Shown here: one piece after another, positions 38,355 through 52,074 of the stretch
Numbering within the stretch: position 1 is the stretch's first letter
Layout: each line of letters opens with the position of its first letter
NCBI RefSeq assembly: GCF_004010195.1
Contig: NC_057719.1
Location: 68,686,622-68,750,621, forward strand
DNA: 64,000 nucleotides
Direction: 5' to 3'
From: Chiloscyllium plagiosum
Taxonomy: Eukaryota
Notes under the pieces: model-generated
Told to the model about the DNA's origin: nothing
Databases searched by the model: none
What the model saw: only the letters and a program-made list of their open reading frames with translations
Made by a program: the position numbers and the translations under genes

Positions 38355-38428
38355 GAAAAGGAAGGAGTGGAAGGAGTTTCAGTTGGTGCCATTCTTTCGG
38401 ACTACCAGCGCATCAGAGTGGAAAATGT
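38355..38428 (+). CDS. DPH6: Internal coding exon of diphthine--ammonia ligase (probably exon 4), 74 nt, phase 0 to 2
   Basis: Polypyrimidine tract and acceptor ttttgttttacag|GAAAAG, donor AATGT|gtaagc. Translates EKEGVEGVSVGAILSDYQRIRVENV, containing the GAILSDYQRxRVE motif of Dph6. Exon number is from recollection of the human gene. Confidence 0.96.
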
Positions 38429-38737
38429 GTAAGCCCATTGTCAATTTGTTAAATTATTTTACTGTTAAACCACATTTAATTCACTAGGTAACTGGTTTGA
38501 ACTTATTCATGCCTGGATTTACAAAACAATAGTCTGAACCGCACTTTGAGAAAGAACAATGTATTACCTTTAGGAATTTGGTTATTGAAGCAGCCACTGG
38601 AATAAAATGGTGAAAGCAGCAGCAAGCCGGTTTTTAATTTTTACAGTCAAAATGGTATAGACATTACAAAAGCCAAATTCTGCTGGAAATCTTAAATAAA
38701 CTGAGAAGGTGGTAGAAATGGCAGAACTTTTTAACTT

Positions 38738-39430
38738 CATGGCAGGGTCCTGAGAGTATTGTCGGAAAAAAGAGACGGGGGGGGGGGGTGGGGGGTTGCA
38801 GATTCACAGTTCCTTGAAAGCGGAGTCGCAGGCAGACAGGGTAGTGAAGAAGGTGTTTGGTACACTTGCCTTTATTGGGTACATAGAGTATCGAAGTTTG
38901 GATGTCATGTTGCGGCTGTACAGGACATTGGTTAGGGCACTTTTGGAATCGTGTTCAATTCTGGCCTCTCTGCTATAAGAAAGATATTGTTAAACTTGAA
39001 AGCATACAGAAAAGATTTACAAGGATGCACATTGAGCAGTAGAGAGTGGCTGAATAGGCTGAGGCTATTTCCCCTCGGGCGTCAGAGGTGAGGGTGATCT
39101 TATAAACGTTTATAAAATCATGAGGGGTGGGGATAGGGTTGCAGGAGTCCAAAACTAGAGGGCATAAGTTTAAGGTGAGAGGGAAAGATTTAAAAGGGAA
39201 CTAAGAGGCAACTTTTTCACACAGAGGGTGGTGCATATATAGAATGAGCTGTCAGAGGAAGTGGTGGAGGCTGGTACAATTGCAATATTTAAAAGTTATC
39301 TGGACATGTGCATGAAAAGGAAGGGTTTAGAGGGATGTGGTCCAATGTTGGCAAGTGGGGCTAGATTTATTTAGGATCTGGACTGAAGGGTCTGTTTCCA
39401 TGCTGTACAACTGAATGACTCGATGACTCT
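38738..39430 (+). mobile_element. CR1/HER1 3' region, inserted in an older PLE-like pLTR remnant
   Basis: Reads QIHSSLKAESQADRVVKKVFGTLAFI...LYRTLVR and ends ATGACTCGATGACTCT. Confidence 0.88.
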
Positions 39431-41183
39431 AAATACTCAGAAGATCTAGCAACAACTGTGTATGACGCTCACAACCTGAAACATTAATTCTGTTTCTCTC
39501 ACCACAACCCACCTCTCCTGTGATTAAAAAATTGTGTCAAAAACTTGAATGTGAGCATTTATTTACCAAGTGCAGATGGGGCTAACAGTTAAAAGTAGAA
39601 ACAAGATATATTCTCTCTCTGTGATTTATCTGAGCAGCCATGGACAGCTCTGAAATAATAGCACTTTGTCCTCTACTTTGTCCGTATCTATTCTTCAATT
39701 GAGATCAAAATGCTGACCATGACTCTCACTTTGTGATGATGAAAATTCAAATTCGAAGCAGTGGGAACATGTGTAAAAGATTGCCAATGCAATTGAATGT
39801 TCCATTGTCAATTGCATTGCCATTTCTTTATGCACATTGGGTTCGAGGCTTGCTATATTTTATTGTACAATGAGACACATTATTCTTCTGTGCCATCCTG
39901 CTGTTGCTTTTTGATTCCATTTCAAAGAAAGCCCATTTTACTCTATGTCCTGTCAAATGCAGAAGTCACGTAAAACATTCTGGACCTGCTTTTAAATCGT
40001 CCAACAGCCATTACTATTGTCACCACCCAGTGCCCTCATCCTCCTCTTGTTCATCTTGAACATTGCTTCCTTTTCTTAAAATCTGTGAAGATTCCAGTCC
40101 AATTCGTCTTCTGGTTTATGCTGCATTTAAATTTTGGCAAGAAATCAGTGCTTCCTTGTCCAGAGAGAGAATTGCTGCTTGCTGAGGTTTTTTAAAAATT
40201 CATTTGTGGGATGTAGATGTCGCCGGCCAGCATTTATTTCCCGTTCCTAGTTGCCCTTGAGCAGGTGGTGATGAGCTGCCTTCTTGAACCACTGTAGTCT
40301 ACCTGTTGTGGGTTGACCCACAATGCCATTAGAGAGGGATATCCAGGATTTTGACCCAGAGACAGAAATGGAATGGCAATATATTTCCAAGTCAGGATAG
40401 TGAATGGCTTGGAATGGAACTTGAAGGTGGTGGTGTTCCCATGTGTCTGCTGCCCTTGTCCTTCTAGATGTAAGTTTGGAAGATGTTGTCTTCAGAATTT
40501 TTGGTGATATTCTGCAGTGTATCTTGTAGATTGTGCACAATGCTGCCACTGGGCATATAACTGTGCTTCAGTGTTTGTATATGTTGCAACGTTGTACATA
40601 ACTTATGTCCTTGAAATTCATTTATTAACTATTTTGGACATACCATGATTTATTTATTGTTCTGTTGCCTTATGTGACTCTGCACTTTTCCAAAAACATC
40701 TAACAAATGTTATACATGTGGGACAGGGAGAGTCCAACTACTGTTGCATTCTATGGACTCTGATTGTGTGCCAGTTTTACATCAAAACATGAGAGCAGTG
40801 AAATTGAGACAATATTATTTGACTGATGGGAATTGCTTGTTGCAGTATATTGTCTTCCCATAATAGCATGCGTGTTGTAACTTATGTTTGTTATTTTAAT
40901 TTGTGCAGTCTTGCTTGCTACACATTTATTGGTGTTCTTTTGTGTCAGAACAGCTTTTTATGTGTATCTTTATGTTTGTAATTCTGGCTTACCAGTGTCT
41001 TGCTTTGCTACTTCATGTAATTATAGAATGATTACAACATAAAATGCCCCTAGTCTCACTGCACTGCCAAATATGTGATTTATATCTTACTTTTGCTTTT
41101 TAAGCTTGTGTGTTTTTTTCCTTCCTTCCACACAGGTTCTCTATTATTCCCACACCTGCATTGTCCTTTTCAACTCCTTCAAC

Positions 41184-41482
41184 CACCAATGAAGGAGTAG
41201 CGTTCCGAAAGTTAGTGCTCCGGTTTCCTCCCACAGTCCAAAGATGTGCAGGTTAGGTGAATTGGCCATGCTAAATTGCCCGTGGTGTTAGGTAAGGGGC
41301 ACTTGTAGGGGAATGGGTGGGTTGCGCTTAGGCGGGGCGGTGTGGACTTGTTGGGCCGAAGGGCCTGTTTCCACACTATAAGTAATCTAATCTAATCTAA
41401 ACCTTTTGGACTATAACCTGGTGTTGTGTGATTTTTAACTTTGTACACCCCTGTCCAACACTGGCATTTCCAAATCATGACT
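41184..41482 (+). mobile_element. Family B hammerhead element (decayed) interrupted by a 5'-truncated HE1 SINE (41215-41400)
   Basis: CACCAATGAAGGAGTAGCGTTCCGAAAGTTAGTGCT, then HE1 body ending (TCTAA)n, then ACCTTTTGGACTATAACCTGG...CCAAATCATGACT. Confidence 0.88.
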
Positions 41483-43534
41483 GTTAGAAGTGAGATTGCC
41501 ATTTTGAATGGTTTTTAAAATCCTTCAAATGCTGATGCTCTGAAGCATTATTAAAAGGGGTGTTAACTACATGCAAATTCAACATCCACATGTGGTGATA
41601 AACTTTATCATGTTATTTTTTTTATTCATTTTGAATAAACTGCAGATTTAGTACAGGAGTTATACTTGGCTCCATTAATTGGGTAGGAAGGGTTTTCATT
41701 TGTATACTGGTTAGAATTTGAATGGTAAACTGCATAAATAAACGAGTTGATACAAAGAATTGCAAAGGGATATAGGTAGCTCAAGTGAGTGAGCAAAAAT
41801 TTGGCAAAAGTACTGTGATGTTGGAAGGTGTGAGGAAAGTCACTTTGCAGAAGAATAAAAAAAAGCTATTCAGATGTATAAGTGGCAGTCCAGAGAATGT
41901 CCACAAGATTGCTTCCCGGGATGAGTGTTTGGGCTTATAAGGAAAGGTGATTAGGTTGGACTTATACTAATTGGAATTTAGGAGAGTGAGTGTGGACCTT
42001 ATCAATGTATATATGATTTTGAGGAGGCTTTATAAGGTACTGCTGGAAGAATGTTTTTCCACATGGAGGGATCAGCTACAAGGGGTACACACTTAAAAGT
42101 AAGGAACTCCTATTTAGTAAACAATGTCATCAGTCTTAATTAATTACCAGTACCACTGTTCCAATGTTTATGCCATGTTGGAAAACTAGAAATATTCAAC
42201 AGAGTACTTAATATTGCTTAGTTATGTACCATGGATATGAATCAGGTGGATATGATATCAAATGCTTTTCAAATATCAGAGAAATTTTTAAATTAAGCTG
42301 TAAAAAAGGTTACCATATATTAATACATCTGAGTACAGAACAATTTGGAGAGAGAAAGGAGAGGTACAATACTGGAAAATTACTTCTGAGCTCTACCCTT
42401 ACCTCGTCTGACCTACACGTGCCGCCACATTCTGAGCAATATGGTTGACTTTTACATGTTCTCACATGCTACTCAGTTTTATCAAACTGCGTAGTACACC
42501 ACATGGGCTGCAGGGGTTCAAAAAAGCAGTTCACAAACACCTTCCAAAGGGCAACTAAGGACTGGTAATAATGCTGGTCTAGCCAGCACTGCCCAAATGC
42601 CATGAAACAATAAATTTCAAAAGAAGTTAGAAATAATATGACCATATTTAAATAAGAAGGAACGAAATTGACTAATCAAAGAGGATAAGATTCATTGCCT
42701 GGGTGGTTATATCTGCACATTTTAAAATAATCTAGGGAAGAGACACAATTATGCATGTTTAATAATTGTTTAGATAAATATGTAGTGCCAGAGATCTGGT
42801 GGATAGCTCATATACCCATATTCAAGAAGGGAAACAGAACATATCAGCTTGACATTGATAGTCGGAAAAATAATTGAATTTTTGCTAAAGCACAAAACAG
42901 AAAACTTGAGCAGGTACACAAGAAAAGATTTACAAATGTAATGAGATAGCTGCAAAGTTATATCTATTGGGAAAGGATGAACATCCTGTCTCTCTTTTCT
43001 CTTAATGGTTGAGAGTTGACAAAGGTCTTTTAAATTGTGCATAGTTTTAATAGAATGGGCACAGAGAAAATGTTTTCACTTCTGAAAAACGGATAAATTT
43101 AAAGACTATCAGTACAGATGGCTACCAAGAAATGCAGTTGAGAATTCAAAGGAACTTACTTGCTGAAGAAGTGAATATAGTACAGATGTATTTAAGGGGA
43201 AATCGAACAGAGATATAGAGACTTGAGGGAGAGTTAGGTAAGTTATGTTGAGCTCCTGGACCAAATAATCTGTTTCTGTACATTTTATGTCACATTTCAG
43301 TGTGACATTTTAACTGGCTAATACTAGATGCATAAGTGAGGACCAGGGTGACTCTCATTCTAGTTTTCCTTCCTTTTGAAAGGAAGTTGCTTATACATGG
43401 TTATGTCCTCAAAATTGGAAATATTTCATGCAATAAATTTTGGAAGGGAGACTAGCTCTTAACATTCTGTGACATCACATAAGGTGATTGTGTCCATTTC
43501 AATTATACAATCACATTCGTTTGGAAGTTTTTCT

Positions 43535-43790
43535 ACGTAAGACCATAACACCAAAGGACATAGGAGCAGAAATTAGGCAATTCACCCTATCAAGTCTGCT
43601 CGCCATTCAATCATGACTGAAACGTTTCTCAACCCCATTCTCCCAGGTTCTCCGTGTAACCCTCAATCCTGTTAATACTCAAGAACCTATCTCCATCTTA
43701 AATATACTCAATAATCTGGTCTCCACAGCCTTCTGTGGTAATGAATTCCATAGATTCGCCACTCTCTGGCTGAAGAAGTTTCTCCTTATA
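43535..43790 (-). mobile_element. CR1 3' end
   Basis: Contains CATAGGAGCAGAAATTAGGC...TTCCATAGATTCGCCACTCTCTGGCTGAAGAA. Same subfamily as 14232-14430. Confidence 0.8.
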
Positions 43791-44014
43791 CTCAAAAGCT
43801 AATTAATTAATTTGAATGTTGAAATGAATTCTTTGTGAATTCAATTTTTCTTAAATCATAACCCCATGTATTTTTATGATTTTAGTGCCAGGATACAGTT
43901 CACAAGCTGAACCATTCATGTATTGTGAAAGTAATCAAGGTTCAAAGATTTAGCTGACATCATATCAGGAGTTTCAAAACATCTCCAGTTTATATACGTT
44001 TTTTCCCTTCACAG

Positions 44015-44133
44015 GTGCAGGCGGCTTAATCTTCAGCCTTTGGCTTACCTCTGGCGTCGAAACCAGGAAGATCTGCTGAGAGAGATGATATTGTCTAATG
44101 TTCAAGCCATGATAATCAAAGTCGCAGCTTTTG
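44015..44133 (+). CDS. DPH6: Internal coding exon of diphthine--ammonia ligase (probably exon 5), 119 nt, phase 2 to 1
   Basis: Acceptor ttttttcccttcacag|G, donor TTTG|gtaggt. Splices in frame to the previous exon (GT+G = Val) and reads CRRLNLQPLAYLWRRNQEDLLREMILSNVQAMIIKVAAF(G), matching the Dph6 PLAYLW...IIKVA block. Confidence 0.96.
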
Positions 44134-47100
44134 GTAGGTATCCAGGCTGCATGGGAGCAGTCTATTAACACAACATAATCCCAGTTCTTTGTATAACCAC
44201 AACCTGCAAATGAGCAGCTGTCAAATATCAGAGAAAAAGTTCAAATCATCAATCTTTTTTTTATAAAACTGTAAAGAGATCTGCCAGAGGCAAACACATT
44301 TGTGCACAAAACAATTTGGAGAGATAAGGAAAAAGCAGGATGTTGGAAAATGACTGCCAGAGGTAGGTAATTACTTTTAAATGCCTTTAATCAAACCTGT
44401 CAATATCCCATGTTATTAGACAGTTTAAGAAGCAGAAGGAGAAGAATTTTATTAGTCTGCATTCCTTTAAAAATAGTAAACAGAAAGTAGCTTGAAATCG
44501 ATATGTCTGCTGCACAGATTAATGAGTCTTTAAAGAAAAATGTGATCATGTTGTATTTAATAAACCACATTGCTTTTTTTTTCATGTTAGTTCGTATTTA
44601 TTGAAAAGACTGCCTTTTTACACATTGAAGTGAATAGCTTGTAGGCTGTTTCATTTCTTAATTTGCTGTCAGATTTTTTTTTACATTCCCGTAAGAATGA
44701 AGATTGATACTGATAGAAGGAATTCCCACAAAACCCAATTTCTGTTAAAAGTCTTGGTACATTTTTAGTCTCTAAATTCTTAGCACTGTTTTCTTTTCTT
44801 CAAGTTCATCTTATACTAATTTGCTAAGATATTGCCAGTAACTCTACAACTGCAGTGAAAATCTATTATAAGAAATGTAGGGTATTTTATGGCACTTAAA
44901 TGAATATTATTTCTTTAGCTTACCTTGTTTCTGAATAGAGTGCTGTCTCCGCAGAAAAAAATTACTTTGTTTTGCTCTTGTGTTTGCTTCTGTCACAATA
45001 TTCATATTATTGCTAATTCACCTCAAAGCAATGACCATGTTGAATGAAGAAAATGTTGCATTACTGTGGTTATCACTTGTTGATCTGTATCATATGATAT
45101 AGTCTAGTCTATGCATTTAAAGGCAGAGCTATAATAAGACATTTTCTCTCTGCGACCCTGATTCCTCATTTATGCCTGAGTTATCGGAGAGACTGGAACA
45201 GGCCATTCAAGCCCTGGAGCCTAATCTTCACAACTTGCAGGCGATGGCTCATTCACTGCTTTATTTCATAAGTCCTGTTACTGAATTCCCTGTTGACTAT
45301 ATTTCAAACCAGTAAAAAAAAATGCCATTACACAGGAATCACCTGTAACTTAGTTATTTATGTACAAACTGAGAATTCCTCTTTGAGTGCCAAAGTTTTA
45401 ACAGCATTTGTATCCTATCCTTTAAAGACACTTCATACTAAATTCATGAAGTTTTCAGGAGGTGCAGGAATGTACTATTCAACTTTTCGGCCTGAGAGAG
45501 GTAGAGGGCAGACATAATTTATGAATCGAACTTGTAGTTTTATGTTTGTTCAGACCTGAAAGCACTTTATTTCTGAACAAGGATATAACAACATCCCTGA
45601 CTTTCATCCATTATACTGATCTCCCATCTAAATTAAAACAACTTGTTAATGAAGGAAAAATCTATTGTTTGATTTACAAATCCATGGATACTTATCTACC
45701 TCCTTACTGATTTGCAAATAGATGTTCCTTATTAAATTTTCTGTTTGATTTGTTTTGGCAGCATTTATATGATTTGCCCGTTTGCAGTGCAGAGTTAGCA
45801 TTGACTTTTGTCAATTCTATCCTTTGTATTCAAAGCCCACTGTTGCTGTGAATAGCCAAATCTGTTATTGTTCTTTTCCCTTGTCTGCTTGGTCCCTGTT
45901 TTACTAGTTGAAAGCGAGTTCTGGCCTTAGGTAATTTCTAGTGTCAATCTGAATCCTACCCCTCGAAGACACACCACTTCATCACACTAATCTGAGGTGC
46001 CACCAGTTCATCTCTCTCCTGAAGATTACATTGATAGTGTGCAGAGTTCCATTGTGGAAATGGTTGAGTTACTGCCGATTCTAAAACAGAACTTCTCATA
46101 TCAAGTTTGAATCACAAGGGAAGTAAGATTAAAAAAAGGTTGCAAGGCTGGACTTCATTTTATGGCCGTAATTGCGATTCAGGCGGTTGTGGAAATCTAT
46201 GATTGCCTTCTCAAGCTGTCAATCAGCTGCTCTTCATGTTATCTATACTTCAAACTTAACTGCTTTATAATTCATTCATTAGATATATACATATACATCA
46301 TATAGTGGAGTCTTGATTGTAGCTTGCACTGCAAATACTCTGAACATAAGATTGGAGCAGTTTTTTTTGTAGCCTCCTTTATTTGTTTTGGTGCAAAGTT
46401 TCATTTTGAAGTAACACTTTGCAGAGCAGAAATGTAATCAGTGTAAAGTGAGCTGGCAGAAATGACATTGGTGGTGACCTGAATCATCCCCTTGGCTAGA
46501 CAAACCTGTTGTCTATGACTAGCTCATATTGTAAAAAACCAGACCGAGTTGGTCACAGACAAAGATTCCTTTGTTGAATAGACACTTCGAGCCCAAATAG
46601 TTCCAGATAGTAATTAAATAGAAAATTACTACTTTTTTTTGGCTTTAGGCACAGTTAGATATTATCTGATTTGGTTTCTCACCTGTCTGGAGCAGCAGTA
46701 ATTGTGCAAAAGCAAACTTGGATCCTTTGAGCTCATCTGTAATTACACATTGGCAGAGTAATTTGATTTTCTTCAAGCAGATTCAGCACCTGAAGATATT
46801 TGTTTAATGCTTCAGATTGTGGAGGACTGAAGTTTATGGGTTTATAGTTGCAAAATGGAGATGTCAAATATGCTAAATTGTTGCAAATATATTTCAGATT
46901 GTCATAGTGATCTGTTACTTTCTCCATGCTTCGCAGTCTTGTAATTTAAAGTGAAAACAGCACAAGGATAGCTGATCTCTGAACCAAAGCTGCTATCCTT
47001 GTCTTGTTTCTGAACATAAATGTGAAAATACAATGCTTTGTTATTTGACTTTGGCTCAGGATTTGAGCTGTACAGTTGGTCACAAGGAAGAAATATTGAC

Positions 47101-47864
47101 TTAGTTTAAGTTAATCTTCTTTCATTTGAGTTTAGAACATATTATTAGCAGTACCTCTTGGAGGAGGTGCCCTATGGGCACTGATTTGTGAGATGTCATC
47201 CCTATTGGTCCAATTAACCTCGGCCCAACACATTCTCACTCATGAGGTTAAGTGGACATTTTGCTTTCATACTTGAGCTAAATATTCAGAGAAATATTCA
47301 AATTTAAAGTTGCTGGGCTTTTTTTAATGGAATATATGCATATTTTATGGGACAAATAATTATATGCATCTACATGTCATTTAGAATTGATGGAATAACA
47401 GTTACAAATGTAGGATTTACATTGGTTTTGACAGCAATTCGCACAACACAACAATATTGATGGAATAATTAAGCAAAAAGGCAAAGATTGGGGAGTTCAA
47501 TGCCAATTAAAGTGATTTGTGTTCAATTAAACTCACTTTCTTTGTGGCAGGAATGAGAAACCCAAGTCTGTGCAATTGAAAACAAGATAAATTGAATGGG
47601 AACATGCTGTTTCTTAGTAATGATAAATTTGGCGGCATATTCAATTTTCAAAAATCTCTTCAAGTAATCATGAGGCGAACTATTGACTGCTGGTATAATT
47701 CACTGATGAAACTAAAGATAACAGATGCCGAAAAGGTCCTATTAATATGAGCGGAGGTGATTTTTGAACAGTTACAGTCTTTAAACAGAGAAGTTGCATG
47801 CAATGGCAGTTTTGCCATGTGAACTCTTCTTGTTTTGGATTTTCATTAAAGATACTTTCTAATT

Positions 47865-48112
47865 AATCTGTTCAGAGATGTACTTTCACACCACTGAAGA
47901 AGGTGGATCTTCAACCAAGGAACCCTGGCTCAGAGGTAGAGACACATCCGCAGTCCCCCAAGAACTTTGATTTTCATTTTTTTTTAATTGAACCTGTTTT
48001 TCCTAATCACCTGTTCAGAGATGTTATTGCACATTTCTGGAGCAGGAGGGACTTGAAGCCAGGCCTCTCAGTTCAGGGGTAAGTACTTTAACCCTGTGCC
48101 ACAAGAGGGCCT
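47865..48112 (-). mobile_element. Two tandem tRNA-derived SINE heads (same family as 210-326)
   Basis: Both begin CTGTTCAGAGATGT on the + strand. The second ends CTGTGCCACAAGAGGGCC, the reverse complement of the CTCTTGTGGCACAG head. Confidence 0.6.
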
Positions 48113-51096
48113 TTGATTTCCAATTTAAATAAAAAGATTAAGTTAAAATAACCCTGTAGGTATTATCTAAATTGAATGTTCAATGAAGGAAAAATCAATA
48201 AATTTTAATTGTGCTGAATAACTTTGCATGTGGTCTTTAAAAAGGCTGTCAAATAAGCAGGCTGTTACACAATTCTCTACTTTGAAATGCTTATCTAGAT
48301 GACTAGCCCTTGAATAGAAATAAATAACTTACTGCATGTGTTTTCTAACTTGTCATGATGTATACATAATTATGCATTTGTCAATCTGAGAGATGTTTTC
48401 TGGGAAGGGTTTTAACTTTTGAGCATTCATTTCTTTGGATTGCATTGCCAAAAATGGTCCTCAATTTGAAATAGTTTTGTAAATGAAGATCTGAATTTTG
48501 CTATCCCTTTGGGGAAGGACTGAGAGTAGGAAATGTTGGTGAAATGAGGAGGTAATATTTTGTGTTGCCTGTTCTGTTGTCTTCTGGCCTAGCAGCTCCA
48601 GATCACACTTACATAACTGTGAGGGCACACAACCCTCGATGGGCTATCATCACCCTGGTGCAGCTCCAGCAATGGGGTGGGATGTTGGGACGCATTTGTG
48701 ATTGGGTGCTGAACTTAATAGAGATGACATCTACTTATTTGGACCCCCATTGAAATGGGTTTCTTCTTCTACCTTTGATCCTGGTCATGGGACATCCACC
48801 ATTTATGTAAATTCAGTCATCTGTGTCTGCTGATTTGCCCCCATTCCCCTCCATTCATTCCTCTTGATCTCACTTTGTGTGTTTCACTTGCTTCCCCTCA
48901 ACACACCTCTCTCTCTTTAACTTGTTCCCAGCTCCAACCTGTTTAGTTACCTGAGAACCAATCACACAGTACCTGCCATGCAAAGGTCTCTGTCATTGAT
49001 AACTGGTCACTAGGCCGTAGACGAGTTAATCCCTTGTTGCCAATCAGAACTGCATCTGTCTGCCCTCTTAGTACAAATTGTCTGCAACTCAAACTTTGAT
49101 TACTACTTTGTCGAAGTTATTTGTAACCATGCCTAGCATGAGTGTCAGGGTACTTGCTTTCTAAAACATGCAGTCACCCTTTCAGACACTGGTTTTAAAC
49201 AGGTATGTCTACTTTCAGTCAACAGCCTTTTTTTTAAGAAGCTCAGAATAAAAAGTTATAGTCCTTATGGGCAAGGCTTTCACATGTATCATCGACCAAC
49301 TTAGAAATTTAACCTTCTAGACTAGATTCAGGAGCTTATCACTGACACGCCTCCCCAGCTAGTCTGGGAAGTAACTGCCTAGATCTGTGGCACTCAGATG
49401 TTGGAGACCAGGAACTGGCTCAGCCCAAGACAGAAAAGAAGCCCATGGTGTCACCCATTGACAATGGTGAAAATATACAAACAGTTGCAGGAACAGCAGG
49501 CAGGTTTGTCAGAGGGAGTCAGGATGGAGGAGTCCATTAATGTTCTCAAGACCGTGCTGGTTCCAGCACACATGCCTTCTGCTGTCTCCATAGACAGACA
49601 TAACAGAGAGCTCACCCAGTGTCTTTCAGATATGCATGAAGACCTGCACTTCATCACTCTGGCCATCGGTGCTCAGCATCAGTAAGGTGAGAGATGGATT
49701 AGGGACCCTGACCTCAATCCAGGGGCTCGTTCCTCCCAAGGAAGTGGTGCCAGTGGACATCCATAGGGAAGAGGAGCCACACATACAAGATGTCCAGTCA
49801 CTTTTTCTCTGGACACTCCAGAGATGCCCTGCCCCTCCAATCAGCAGGTGTTTTGAGTATTGTGTACTGTTGGAGGCACAATGTTATAGGAAAAATGTGA
49901 ATGCATTGAAGAGATTGCAGAAATGATTTACAAGAATGATTCTGGGCATGAGAAACTTCAGCTATGACGATAGATTAAAGAAATCTATCGTCATAGATTT
50001 CTATCGTCCAAGATTGTTCTCCTTGGAGAGATAAAGGGGAGATGGGATTGAGGTTTTCAAAATCACGAGTAGGCTAAGGTTTAGTGACATTGATGTCTAG
50101 CTCCAGACCTTAATTATTTTCACTGTATATCATCAAACATTGCAAGGTTTTGGAATGCTCATAAATTCTTTTGCTTAGAGGAATAGGATCAAGGGAGGAA
50201 AGTTATCACTTAAATTATCTCTAAAATAAGCTAATTTAATAGCAGCTGAGTCAGTGTTGTCACAAAGTGTGCCTTCAATCGGGTGATGTTGTAGTTACTT
50301 CAGAATAATACATCTTTTATTAAGTTTTCAGACATGACAGGATTAAGAAACTTGTCCTTCCCTGGCCATACTGTGTCACTTTATAATTTCAGTGCTTTAT
50401 TATTCCAATGCTTTCCTGACCATTAAACTTGAACTAATCTGAAATCTTAAATACCCCGGTATCTTAACTTGCATTAAGTCTCTCAGTCTGGCATTGCCTC
50501 AATTTTAAATTGAGGGTCATCTCTTCATGACCTTGTCCATCCCGATATTTGTGATGTCCTTCAACTGTCCAAGATCACTGTTCTTTTCCAGTTTTGGTTG
50601 ATGTCTATCCCTGTTTTAATCATCTCATCTTTTGTGCCTGTGGTTTGAATTGTCTGGAACCTCGCAGTCTTGCTCCTTCTTTCTTCTTCTGAGACAGTTC
50701 TTCAGGATTGAGGTTGATCTGCTTCCAGATGAGTTCTGACATGGCTGATAAATCCAACCTGCAGACTCTGCTGTTTTTGCAGCAAGTGATGGGATATCAG
50801 TTAGTTGAGTGTTTGCCACCTCTCTGATGTTTTGACATTACCTCTTTCTGTTCATGACAAAATCTGTTGGTGTTCAGTGCCTTCCCATATGACTCTTTTC
50901 CATTTTCATTGGTCACAACTGAGGGACCTCCAAGAATCTGAGGATGTATGACCTCATTAGCATTGTTTTGAGGAGATCCCTAAAACATTTCAGTTATCTT
51001 TTAATACGCTCCATAAAATCTACTACTTCATGTTTTTGATAATCTGTCCTAAAATATTGTTCTGTAACCTGGTGTCAGATTTTGCTTAATTGTGTC

Positions 51097-51678
51097 CATA
51101 CATAGAACATCACAGCGCAGTACAGGACCTTCGGCCCTCGATGTTGCGCTGCCCTGTCATACTAATCTGAAGCCCATCCCACCCACACTATTCCATGTAT
51201 GTCCATTTGCCTGTCCAATGATGACTTAAATGTACTTAAACTTGGCGAATCTACTACTGATGCAGGCAAAGCTGTGAATGCATTGGAGAGATTGCAGAAA
51301 TGATTTACAAGGATGGTAAATGGTACTCTCTGAGTAAAGAAACTACCTCTGACATCTGTCTTATACCTATCTTCCCTCACTTTAAAGTTGTGTCCCCTCG
51401 TGTTTGTCGTCCTCATACTTGGAAAAAGGCTCTCCCTGTCCACCCTATCTAACCCTCTGATTATCTTGTATGTCTCTTAGGTCACCTCTCAACCTTCTTC
51501 TCTCTAACGAGAACAGCCTCAAGGCCCTCAGCCTTTCCTCGTAAGACATTCCTTCCATACCAGGTAACATCATAGTAAATCTCCTCTGCACTCTTTCCAA
51601 AGCTTCCACATCCTTCTTAAAATGCGATGACCAGAACTGTACACAATACTCCAAATGTGGCCATACCAGAGCTTTGTA
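51097..51678 (-). mobile_element. CR1/HER1 3' region
   Basis: ORFs EYCVQFWS...LERVQRRFT...[20 protein letters not shown] and TRGHNFK...FFTQRV. Confidence 0.92.
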
Positions 51679-52074
51679 GCACTTTGGGGTTTTTCCATGC
51701 TAGAAAAGTGATGTAAATATAACTTGTTATTATCTTTCTGAAAATAAATAAAATACCCCTGTTCCATTTGTGGGGGAGATTCACTCATGAGTTTGGCATT
51801 TTCAGATAGGGAAGGCCTATATTGGGCATATAGATATACATGGAGAAAGTGAGGACTACAGATGCTGGAGATCAGAGCTGAAAAATGTGTTGCTGGAAAA
51901 GCGCAGCAGGTCAGGCAGCATCACAGGAACAGGAGAATCGACGTTTCAGGAATGAGGAAGGTGTGCCAAGCAGGCTAAGATAAAAGGTAGGGAGGAGGGA
52001 CTTGGGGGAGGGGCGTTGGGAATACGATAGGTGGAAGGAGGTTAAGGTGAGGGTGATAGGCCGGAGAGGGGGTG

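Noticed and set aside
38220..38432. 70-aa ORF as a standalone gene
   Set aside because: Only the last 25 codons are DPH6 exon. The rest is intron read in frame.
48560..49830. GC-richer stretch with short ORFs, possibly a decayed DNA transposon
   Set aside because: No recognisable protein motif or terminal repeats that I can support.
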